Below, piece after piece: positions 53,250 to 64,000 of a stretch of DNA of 64,000 bases. Where the stretch lies: contig OX597830.1 in assembly GCA_951406725.2 (NCBI GenBank), positions 38,874,001-38,938,000 on the forward strand, in the 5' to 3' direction. Every line of letters starts with the position of its first letter. Positions within the stretch are counted from its first letter, which is position 1. The notes below the pieces were generated by a model. The model saw only the letters and a program-made list of their open reading frames with translations, was not told the origin of the DNA and did no database searches. The position numbers and the translations under genes were made by a program. This DNA comes from Octopus vulgaris (Eukaryota).

Positions 53250-53828
53250 AAATTTATAAAGAAAACATTTCACACTTTTGTTTCACTAAGACAACAATTC
53301 CTAATATCTATATATTATTAACGGGGAAATTGACGGCTAAAATTGTATCCAGCATTGATTTATGTAAACAGTGACTCCGATATTAAATTTTGAATGTATA
53401 TATAATTTAGAACAGGAAAATTAAAAAAGATAATGGTGATGAACGTGTGTGAACAATTTTCCACAATAAAAACGTAAAGAGGGAATTCACAAACTTATTT
53501 TATACATACACACACGTTATAAACATATAAATGATTATATATGGCAAAGTTTTTTGGGGCATCGGATTCTTCATTAATATGATGTTAAGAATGAAAATTA
53601 GTTCTATCATTATTTGTTAGAAAACTTCAATTTTTAGTGGTTCACCCGAAGTAAAGTGCATGCTATATATCTACAGAGAAAAACATATGTCTGTGTGTAT
53701 TTGCTTGTGTACGAGCATACTCATACATATATGGGTGAATATATTTATGCGCGGTCTCACACACACACACGGGTAGAATTCGGTGGGTAAATATAACCAT
53801 TATTGGTAGGAACTTTTTAAAAAAGAAT

Positions 53829-53889
<61 letters not shown>

Positions 53890-54435
53890 TATGCCTATAC
53901 ACGTTTGTGCGCGCGTGTGTGTGTGTGAGACCGCGCATAAATATATTCACCCATATATGTATGAGTATGCTCGTACACAAGCAAATACACACAGACATAT
54001 GTTTTTCTCTGTAGATATATAGCATGCACTTTACTTCGGGTGAACCACTAAAAATTGAAGTTTTCTAACAAATAATGATAGAACTAATTTTCATTCTTAA
54101 CATCATATTAATGAAGAATCCGATGCCCCAAAAAACTTTGCCATATATAATCATTTATATGTTTATAACGTGTGTGTATGTATAAAATAAGTTTGTGAAT
54201 TCCCTCTTTACGTTTTTATTGTGGAAAATTGTTCACACACGTTCATCACCATTATCTTTTTTAATTTTCCTGTTCTAAATTATATATACATTCAAAATTT
54301 AATATCGGAGTCACTGTTTACATAAATCAATGCTGGATACAATTTTAGCCGTCAATTTCCCCGTTAATAATATATAGATATTAGGAATTGTTGTCTTAGT
54401 GAAACAAAAGTGTGAAATGTTTTCTTTATAAATTT
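53250..54435. repeat. 522-bp apparently perfect inverted duplication (53250-53771 / 53914-54435) with a (TA)n-containing spacer
   Basis: Arms read as exact reverse complements by eye. Confidence 0.95.
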
Positions 54436-54455
54436 CTTTACAAATTTTTTTATAA

Positions 54456-54492
54456 ATTTTCGGTATGTGGCTAAGCAACCTGTTGCTCGCCC

Positions 54493-54558
<66 letters not shown>

Positions 54559-54595
54559 GGGCGAGCAACAGGTTGCTTAGCCACATACCGAAAAT
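54456..54595. repeat. Perfect palindrome centred on (TA)n
   Basis: attttcggtatgtggctaagcaacctgttgctcgccccttt-(TA)n-aaaggggcgagcaacaggttgcttagccacataccgaaaat. Confidence 0.97.
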
Positions 54596-54747
54596 CAGAA
54601 ATAGCAGTCAAAGACTGTTTATTTCTATTTTCCACAAATATGACTCCATGGATTTGGCCTATGTCAGCTATCTTCTACTATCTCCGACGACGCTGGCTCG
54701 GGAAGCAGAGGGCATGTATGACATTTGTGAAATCTATTTAAGCGGAC

Positions 54748-54809
54748 AGTTGCGTTGATGAAGGAAATGAATTGATTTATAATTCTAACCCAGAAACGCG
54801 TTCGTAACT
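54748..54809 (+). ncRNA. Type-I hammerhead-like motif in a module with inverted ends (54555-54913)
   Basis: agttgcg-TTGATGA-...gaatt/aattc...-GAAA-cgcg-TT-cgtaact: 7-bp stem I, palindromic stem III, C3U variant. Confidence 0.72.
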
Positions 54810-54916
54810 AACCCTAGACTATGTTTTCGTTATTTTTTCCTTCTGTTTTACATGTGTGAATTACATGGATATGTTGTATGTGGAGTCATACAACCTGTTG
54901 CTCGCCCCTTTTTATT

Positions 54917-54998
<82 letters not shown>

Positions 54999-55120
54999 TG
55001 TATGTGTTTGTGTGTGTGTATATATATATATATATACTGGTATATATTTATCTATATAACTATATATACATATATTATATAGAGACACACATTCACACAC
55101 ACACACAAACACACATACAC

Positions 55121-55161
<41 letters not shown>

Positions 55162-55270
55162 AATTATGTACCAGTTACGCACTGGGGTCCATATAATCGA
55201 CTTAATCCCTTTGTCGGTCCTTATTCGTCCCCTCTATGTTTAGCCCCTTGTGGGCAATATAGAAATTAGA
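55162..55270 (+). mobile_element. SINE family B 3' fragment
   Basis: gtaccagttacgcactggggtc...gtttagccccttgtggg matches ~5835-5940. Confidence 0.85.
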
Positions 55271-56713
55271 AATATATATAATTATGCAGTGGAAATAATT
55301 TTGAGGACACTAACACCTCATTACTGCTTTGAGGTTCGCAAGTATAAAATATATAGCTTATGTCCTTCGCTTATTATCACTGGGCAATACGCGTCCAAGT
55401 TGTCGACTATACTACAAATTAAGGTTTACTAGAATTCTTTGTTGTATAGGATGTGTAATTCATTCAAATCTCTTGTCATGAATTATTTCATCCAAGTCTC
55501 TACTCATCGAAAAGAGTAACACATCGAAGCTTCTAATCTTCGAGGACACTTCTTGATGACTTAACGATGCATGCAAACTTCGGTAAATGTCAAGCATCTG
55601 GAAGAAATTAAGACCATTTTTATTTTTATTTTTAGATGGGCATTAATTACTGGCTCTCTGTAATTACGTTCACGTTGATGTTTTCTTTTCCTGCGCTTGT
55701 ACCGCTTTCTTTGACTATATTCCTTTGAGCACGGCTACGTTGTCGTTAAAATGTAAGCCTTCTATTTCAGCAGTACCATTATGCGAACGACATTCTCCTG
55801 GCATTAGTCTCTGCGTAAGTATCCGTATCATTTCTGTTAGACACTACCTGTAGTTATATGATCCTGTGAATTATGTATTGGCGTTATCTATGATCTACCA
55901 TGTTATAGAGAGGCGCTCATATCCCTCCTTCGTTCCTGAAATTCTTGATGATTTTCGAATGAGAAACGTATATTTCATTAGTCATTTAAATCTAAATATG
56001 AAATGACTGATGGCAGTCAAGATTCAAAATTTAGTGGCATATATTCCCCATCAGATATGCAATATTTTTTCATGAAGTGAATATTCTAAGTGGGCGGATA
56101 CAGATATTTCAATAGACATATAACCATTGGTATGAATTATTTTCGTGTTCTTTTTATCCAGTGTATTCTGTAATGTGATATTCTCTCGGCTGAATTTAGC
56201 GCTATATGTTTTAAAACGTTTATCGTATTTGTATGATGGTCGAGTCTTACGCGAGCTAAATTGTTAATGGCTCTATACATTGCAAAGCCCATTTTTATGA
56301 GCTGGACAAAATCAGTGACATCGTTCTCCTGCTTCAAATCTCTAGTGGTTCGGATATATATATAATAAATGCATAGTACGCTCGCACTGGAAGGACACCT
56401 CGTTAACACATCGTTATATTAGACTTTTTGAAAGCACATTGTTTAACTGATCACACTGTAAATGCATGTTCGATTAAAGCAGTAAATGTTTGCACATAAA
56501 TGCAAACACAATACCAGGTATTATGTGCTGTTTCTTTCGTTGAAATCAAATCACACAGAAACAAACATGCACATATAGACATACATATATACATGTAGGT
56601 AGGCATATATATATACATACATATTTATAATACAAATTTGAATATATAATATGCATGTAAATGTGTATATATATGCATATATATATATATATATGGAGGG
56701 GTTATGTATATAT

Positions 56714-56747
<34 letters not shown>

Positions 56748-56774
56748 TTATATGCATGTATGTATATATAAATG

Positions 56775-56825
<51 letters not shown>

Positions 56826-57243
56826 CCATATATCCATATGTATATACATACATGTACATATATATACACACAAACAAAGAGTTGCCTATACACACGTATA
56901 TATCATGGATAATATATGATATAATGAAAATGAGCAAGACAATGCTTAACTTTGCGAGCACTTTTAAATGTTCAACTTTGTCGTTCAATTCCATCTGATA
57001 ATAATTAATTCTGCAGTCTTCAAAATCATTTGACGAGGTCAGAACGAGGTCAGGAGTGTTTTTTCACCATAGGCAAGTATATTTTGGAAGAGGGGCCATG
57101 CAAGTCTATGAGATAGATGAAAGAGAATTGCAGAAAATAAAGGAGAATATATGTCAGATTAAAAGAAAAAACTTTATCTTAATTAAGAAAAATAGAAGTA
57201 TAAATAACTGCATTAGTTATTAGATGACCCGATATATATGAAT

Positions 57244-57303
<60 letters not shown>

Positions 57304-57318
57304 TTTTACCTATCTATC

Positions 57319-57382
<64 letters not shown>

Positions 57383-57740
57383 TATACATATGAGAGGGAT
57401 GACCATATATAATACAAATTACTGAACTTTCAGATTTTAATATACTAGACCGCTGGTGTTAAATTGATGTTAATTAAATTTACATCCAATTTCTCACCCC
57501 CATTTTAAATTTAAATATATATATATATATACATATGACTGAACAAACAAAAGGAAGTAGCACAATACATGTTTGGGTGGAGTTACATGTATTTGGCAAT
57601 TATGCGACTGTTTACTTGAAATATGGTGGGTAGTAAGGGACTAATATTTCGTGAGTTAGACGTATCTTGAGAGCCCACGAAAGTTCAAGTAATGTAGAGC
57701 TGCGTAAGATACTAACGCACATATATACACACACATGCAT

Positions 57741-57803
<63 letters not shown>

Positions 57804-57949
57804 TGCAGTTAATACACACACGTGTGTGTGTGCGTGTGTAACCATATTACGCGACGAATTTATGTACAGTGCCCGTCTGCGAAATTCCATTGGACAAACT
57901 AGAAAAGTACTGGGAGAGCGCAGACCTTCTCCAAACCAGCAGGAGCAGG

Positions 57950-58305
57950 ACTACGACGATGATGACCACCTGCACCATCACCACCAAAACTCTCCTACCA
58001 CAATGACCAACATCATCAGCAGCATTGTCATTGCTTCCACTTCACCACATACACCGCCATCAACTTTTAGTCACTTTCACCACCACAACCAGTATAACCA
58101 CTACAATATCACCATCACACAACTAACACTATCATCAACACCAGTTTTACCACCATCACCTTAGCATCACACATCAGACTGCTCCTGTGGCCATTATAAC
58201 CACTGATACTATTTTATCCTCCTCCCATACTTATCTCGACCATCGTCATCATCAACACTGTCTCTGCTTTCACCACAATCACCATCAAAACTACGATTAC
58301 CACAA
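57950..58305. repeat. Degenerate (CAC/CAT)n low-complexity tract
   Basis: Runs of cac/cat/acc triplets that give His/Thr-rich ORFs in more than one frame. Confidence 0.8.
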
Positions 58306-58597
58306 TCAGTTTCTTTACACTGTTGAAAATCCATTATGCAATATTCATGGGACCAATATTGTTGAAGATTATTGATTTTTCTAATTTCGGTGTGCTTTAT
58401 TAAAATAATAATTGCATCTATAAAACAGAATAGTTTAAGGATTGAAACCGGGTCTAAAAACAATAGCTTATAGACATACTCTGAATGGAGTCCTATATAA
58501 ATGTTAATAATTTTTTTTTATGCTTAAGACCATCAAAAATGTTAAGATATCAACCTCTACCCCAGTTGTCATGCTTTGATTAAAAGGTTGCAGCATA

Positions 58598-58985
58598 GAT
58601 TAGCTTACTTAGATAAGTTTCAGCCGAAGTTGACTCAGACCATGTCTAATTTAATAGCACCACCTGGAAGTGGTACACAGGTAACTCTGGGGGACCGTAG
58701 CCCATTCAAGCTGGGGTTTATTGTTTTCAGAGACATATTTGGGTGTCAGTAGTTTATCTGGTATTTGTTGGGTGTAAACATCTAGGGATCGTTTGAATGC
58801 CGTGAAGTCACTTTCCTCCTTTACGTGTGTCTGGCACAATGTTGAAGAGAGCAGGCCCAATTCAGAGAAAATATTTGTCATAGTGTTGTGATACGACACG
58901 AACATTTCTGTAGCGGATGGATGGCACGGGGGCCAAACCTCGGACGAAGTTTAAAGATTGGGAAATTTTGATGGAATATTTTCTA
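58598..58985 (-). mobile_element. CR1/L2-like LINE 3' end
   Basis: GPALFNIVP / VKEESDFTAFKRSLDVYTQQIPDKLLTPKYVSENN, typical ORF2 C-terminus, followed by a stem-loop tail. Confidence 0.8.
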
Positions 58986-59254
58986 CATCATACAGATAAT
59001 ATAACGCTCATAGCGGCGGTGGAGGGAGCAAACCTGAGCTTTTTGTGTTGATTCCAATAGTCAATGCTTGTCATGCCATCCTCCACACACCTCCGCCAAG
59101 CAGCTACTTTTAAGATAGATACGCAAATAAAAGTACTAATAGAGAAATGAAAATAAACTTTAGAAACAGCAACTCCACCATAGTTTACGTGCAAACGATG
59201 AACGTGTTTTCAAGGGAGTTAATCAAAGAACATAACATTGTAATACTTCATGTA

Positions 59255-59470
59255 AAGTAAATATAACAAAAGAAAAATCCTTCAAGAATCCATAAAATGT
59301 CCTTGATCATTACCAAAATTTCACCATCTGTTCCTTGTGTCATTACCAACATCTTCTGTAAGTTTCAATAAATACCGTTGAGAGCTTTAGGAGTTATTTT
59401 GCACACAGACGGACAGACGGAAAAACTAACGTCGATGAAAACATAACCTCTTTCCTTGGGAGAGGTAATA
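59255..59470 (+). mobile_element. Helentron/HINE (DINE-1-like) non-autonomous element fragment
   Basis: acagacggacagacgg core followed by terminal hairpin acctct...agaggt and aat. Confidence 0.6.
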
Positions 59471-60379
59471 AAATTAAAAGGAGACACCTGGAAGAAAGAA
59501 TCAAAGAACCAATGGCAATTAGTAATGCCTTCATAGGTTCCATTTAGAATCTCATTTGTCTCTTTAACTTTTTTTGCTTTGGCCAATGAAAGCTACATTT
59601 CCCATGCGTAGTTAATAATACACCATGCCAGCTGAGAATCATGTTTTTGGCAATCATGTATTAAACGTTGTCTTTCTGTTGGTGCTTTCAAGACACACAG
59701 ATCTGTACAAAATGCGAATTGTGCTGTTTATTTATTGCATAATATTGATATAATGCTTTTGGTAAATGGTGCTCACCTTTAAATACGAAAAAAAATTCAA
59801 TTTATTTTACAGTTCATTAAAATTAAATAAGGGTCATATATATTACTATAGAGATATCCTACGTGTGCAAGCACAAACATACACCCCACACACACATACT
59901 CAAGCACAGCAAAATAATAGCATTACATATTACATAAATTTTAAAAAAGGCATACCTTCAAATAAAGTGTAATAGAGGTCTACAAACTAAGAGCTATAGT
60001 ATTAATTAAAAAATAATGTGTTACGCAAAATGATACAGGAAAAATACTGCCATTATTGTATGTGTGTATGTGTGTGTGTGTGTGTGTGTGTGGTATATAT
60101 ATGTATGAATATATGTATGTATACATATATATAGAGAGAGAGAGGAGAGAGAGAGGCAGATAGACAGAGAGCGAGATAGAAAGAGAGAAGGTGATGGGAC
60201 TGCATAGCTATTGACCGTAGCAGGTAGAGAAGGATTGTGTACGAGGAGACAACTACTTTTGAAAAATCTCGAGTTACGTATGAGAAAGTAAGGAGGGATG
60301 TCAGGAAGGGCATCGCTGTAGCACTTCCAGATGGTAAGGGTCTTCCTATGATGCTGACATGCAGGGTCATGCAAAGCTG

Positions 60380-60695
60380 GAGTCAAGTGTCATCTTCGTA
60401 GTCATAAAGTGATTGACAAGCAGGTCACTTGTGGTGATGCTACATACAATACTAATCATATCTGTCAGTCATGTGTAAGGGAGTGCAATTCGGCGGGAGG
60501 ACTTAAACGACATGCAAAGATAAATGAAGCCCAGTTAAACTACAGCCGGCTATTGCCGGTAAAGGTTTTAGCTGCCAATTCTGTACAAGACATTGTAGAT
60601 CTTTATCTAGGCTAAAAAATCACGTTTGTTCACAGCACCGTTGACAGTTAAGCCTCGTGCAGTGGTCATACTCTATAATGAGGGGTAGCCATCAT
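60380..60695 (+). mobile_element. RTE-like LINE 3' end with two C2H2-like zinc-finger remnants and (GTAT)n tail
   Basis: HICQSCVRECNSAGGLKRHAKI and FSCQFCTRHCRSLSRLKNHV; ends agccatcat(gtat)n. Confidence 0.75.
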
Positions 60696-60900
60696 GTATG
60701 TATGTATGTAGGTAGGTAGGTAGGTAGGTAGGTAGGTATATGTATGTATGCAGGTATGTATATGGTATATCACGTAGAAAAAATTCTTCCGAGTGGTAAA
60801 TGAAACTTTAACACTGAATTATTATGGGCGTTTTCCCTGGAATTTAGTGCAATATATTAAAAAAAAAACTTGCAAAATGTGTTTCCTTAATGTATGTATG

Positions 60901-61100
60901 AAGTCGGTGAGCTGAAAGAATTTATTAGCAGAACCGATAAAATGCTAGCGGAATTTTTTCCGGCTTTACTTTCTGATTTCAAGTTCTGCCGATGTCAGTT
61001 TTCCCTTTTATCAATTCAGGGTCGATAAAATAATTTCCAGTCGATCATTGGGGTCTATATAACCGACTTGCCCCTCCCCACAAAATGTCAGGCCTTTTAT
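60901..61100 (+). mobile_element. SINE family B, diverged
   Basis: cggtgagctg...gggtcgataaaat...gacttgcccctcccc colinear with the other B copies. Confidence 0.75.
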
Positions 61101-62399
61101 ATATAGTAGTGATATATGCTCTAAAGCTAGTGGCTCATATAACGATATTATAAGGTGATCGTTTTCATCTGTTTCTGATCTGATATTCGAACAAAATAGC
61201 AGCAGCTAGATATTAATATCCTTTCGCCAGCAAAGTAGTTAATGCGTCTTACAGCGCTAAAATAAAGAAATTACTCTATTGTTATCAGAATTTAATAGGA
61301 AATATATAAATAATTTCCTGGCTAATGAATGTGTATCAGTAATATTAAATTTACAAAGCCTAATAGTAACTGTTGTTATCGATTGGAAATACAGCAGAAG
61401 ACATTACTGCAACACTCATTAACTTTGCTTAATATTTTCTTATATACTTTGCACATGTCTAATTTCCAAATGGTTCCATGCTTCACGTAAGATCATAAAC
61501 GGTAGGTGTTTATGAAAAGAAACAAAAATGACTAAATGAGATGATTTAATGTAATAAACGATTACTTGTATAAAATAATCGCATGTATGAATAATAATCC
61601 TGTTTGATTTACTTCTATTTTGTGATAGTTACGAAATCTGAATGATTATATAATTGAGGTTATTACATAGCTAATCGAGCCTGCTTTTCTCTCGTTGCCG
61701 TTAATCATTCAATAATCAGTTATGTATTTTAATATAACACACCTTATATGCAATTCTCAATATGGTAATTCGTGATAATGGTTCAATATGATGCTCAATT
61801 ACATATCATCTCAATAATTTCCAATATATGTGTCGAAGCAATGAGAAAAGTAACTTGCAATTCTGAACACCTCACAATAGCCCATAAAATCGTTGCTTAC
61901 ACATGGCGTTTGTAATGTTACAGGTAGGTAATTACTTACATAGTAATTAGCACACCAGCTGTCATACAATTGTCATCTAACTTTTTATGACCGAGTAGGA
62001 ATGGGAAAAGTAGCGCCAATACAATTTTTGTTCATGTCTTCAGAGCTGATCTTGACACAAACAAGAACAATAACAACTTATTCATTTTACGTAACCGCTA
62101 AAACATGTTACTATCTAGTGAAACGTCTCTCCACGGTTTAAAAATGTAAATTTCATGATTAATTCTGGATAATTCTATATTTTTGCAGCGGAAGTTAGTT
62201 TCTTAATTAAGCTCCAGTTTTTTATTTGACTGCCTTCAAAAGCGTCGATTATAGCTAAATGCTTTCTTTATATTTTCTAAATGAACATCTTATATATTTT
62301 TGAGAGCGAGTCCGCAAGCTAATGGTGTATTATTCAATATTTAACAGCAACAATTTCATAAATATTCATTGATTCACTCAGGAATACTTAATTTCAATG

Positions 62400-62800
62400 C
62401 ATTTGACTCCATATGGAACATAGTGTGGCAATAAAGATTTCCATCTGTCTCGATCTTTGGCAATAGATTACAGTTGTTCGAATTTATAGCTGCCTCCCAG
62501 TGCTTCAGTTTGCGTCTGGTTTTGAACACAGTTCTGACGTTCCTTGTTTCTTGTTACTGTCGTATATAAGTCAAGTTTGTTCCACATCGCAGCTTTCTTA
62601 TAGCTTTCAGTAGGATATTTCATATGCATTATCTGTGGTCTTCCATTAGCAGAGCCGGTTTCAGATGTTCTCTTTCAGTGTTTTAGTAGCAATACTATCT
62701 TCCTCCGTTATTAAGCGAGCTTTGGATCGGTTTTGACTTAGTGCGCAAAAACGTATATCAAAAATGTCAATCAAATTCTGAAAGGAAATTAAATATTGCA
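62400..62800 (-). mobile_element. Decayed RTE-like LINE 3' end
   Basis: Minus strand IAKDRDRWKS..TLCSIW, matching the RTE C-terminal A.DR..W motif. Confidence 0.55.
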
Positions 62801-63174
62801 AGCATATTCTATATCTGTATAGCTCAATACAATATACGGACTGTGTCATATGAATAAAACTAATTTGAATTAAAGAAAGAAGAGAAAAATTGCCCGACGG
62901 GTGTAAAAATGATTTTGAGAAATAATCTTTAGAATCTTAAAAGTGATTCCTTTTTGTCAGAAGAGACACGTTTAATATCAGATTCAGTATATTCGAAATT
63001 TCTTGAGAGATTTAAAATAGAAAGAACTATAAAATGACATGACTGCATAATTCAGAAATTCGCTTTGAAAGTACATAAGAGATATTCTCCCAAAGCATTT
63101 GATTGGTCGATGAATGTTGAGTGAACTTTAATATAAAGAAAATGTGGAAACCTGCTGTGATTACACGTGCACAA

Positions 63175-63240
<66 letters not shown>

Positions 63241-63618
63241 GGGGCGAGAGATAGAGAGAGAAAGAGCGAGGGTGATGGAATGAAGAAAGATATCTCTATA
63301 GGGTACAGTTATAATTACGGGTACAAAAAGCTATTATGCCGAATACGTCCAACCACTTCAAAATGAATTGTTAGCCAGCTTACTTTCCCACTTTCAACAT
63401 GTATGTTTAATTGTGGAGTGAATATTTTTGAAGTGATAGAATATATTAGGCACGCGCTTTCAGCATATAGGTATAATAGCCTAAATGTACCTCATACAGT
63501 TATATATCTCTATAAATGTATTTTACTTAAAAGGCTTTTATATGCTGGCCATTGATAAAATACATTAATTTTAAAGATTTCAGTCTCTAATTATGCTTTA
63601 AATATATATATATATATA

Positions 63619-63990
63619 TACAAGCAAAACGCCCCCCGTCCAATAGACGGTGCTGAGTTGTCAAACATTTAAACCAAATTTTCTCAAAACAACTTGTCCT
63701 ACCGTCCCTTAGGCTTCCCCTTTGAGAAAAACTGATTTAACCTAAATTTGAGACACCGTGCATTTTTATCGCGTACGCGTAGTATCGATCGCAACAGCTG
63801 GTTTACGTGCGCGTACAAATGCACGTTCCCACGGCTTTGTCGATCGCATTCTCACCTGGAATCGATTTTTGTAATTTTTTCAAGACTTACACACGCCCTG
63901 ATACCGTCGGTATCTACGTAACAAATTTGAACTCAGTCGAATCCTAGAAGACACACACAGAGACAAACAGAACGGATTTAATATATATAA
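63619..63990 (-). mobile_element. Non-autonomous Helitron-like element
   Basis: Minus strand begins tatatattaaatccgttctgtttgtctctgtgtg and ends with hairpin ccgtc-tattg-gacgg ~10 nt before CTTG (CTAG-like), in TA context. Confidence 0.6.
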
Positions 63991-64000
63991 TATATATATA

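Noticed and set aside
52560-53250. Possible Penelope linker / GIY-YIG relic (IISDHNEVL, RENCHGNG)
   Set aside because: Only faint motif resemblance across frames and no GIY-YIG signature; needs tBLASTn or HMM.
56137-56409. 90-aa minus-strand ORF with protein-like composition
   Set aside because: No homologous motif recognised and no clear exon boundaries.
57667-58375. His/Thr-rich ORFs
   Set aside because: Degenerate CAC/CAT repeat plus microsatellites.

Overview
AT-rich eukaryotic non-coding DNA, very rich in microsatellites. The SINE families, LINE clades and (TA)n/(GATA)n/(TAA)n load suggest a coleoid cephalopod, probably Octopus (inference). No host protein-coding gene can be supported. 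Most ORF-track entries are translated microsatellites, and the ones with real protein motifs are transposon relics. Recognisable content: five Tc1/mariner elements or MITEs (mariner and DD37D/maT-like); about five interrelated tRNA-derived SINE families with shuffled modules; fragments of RLE-type (R4/Dong/NeSL-like), Tx1, RTE, CR1/L2 and Penelope-like retroelements; two Helitron/Helentron-like non-autonomous elements; several long inverted repeats. The most interesting signal is a set of about nine type-I hammerhead-ribozyme-like motifs, all with at least one core deviation, most in short non-coding modules wedged between (TA)n arrays. A Penelope-type RT relic lies in the same window, so this is a candidate cephalopod retrozyme / non-autonomous Penelope system. 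A second theme is that each retroelement clade sits in its own microsatellite type. Coordinates were read by eye and may be off by a few bases; family names come from motif recognition, not database searches.
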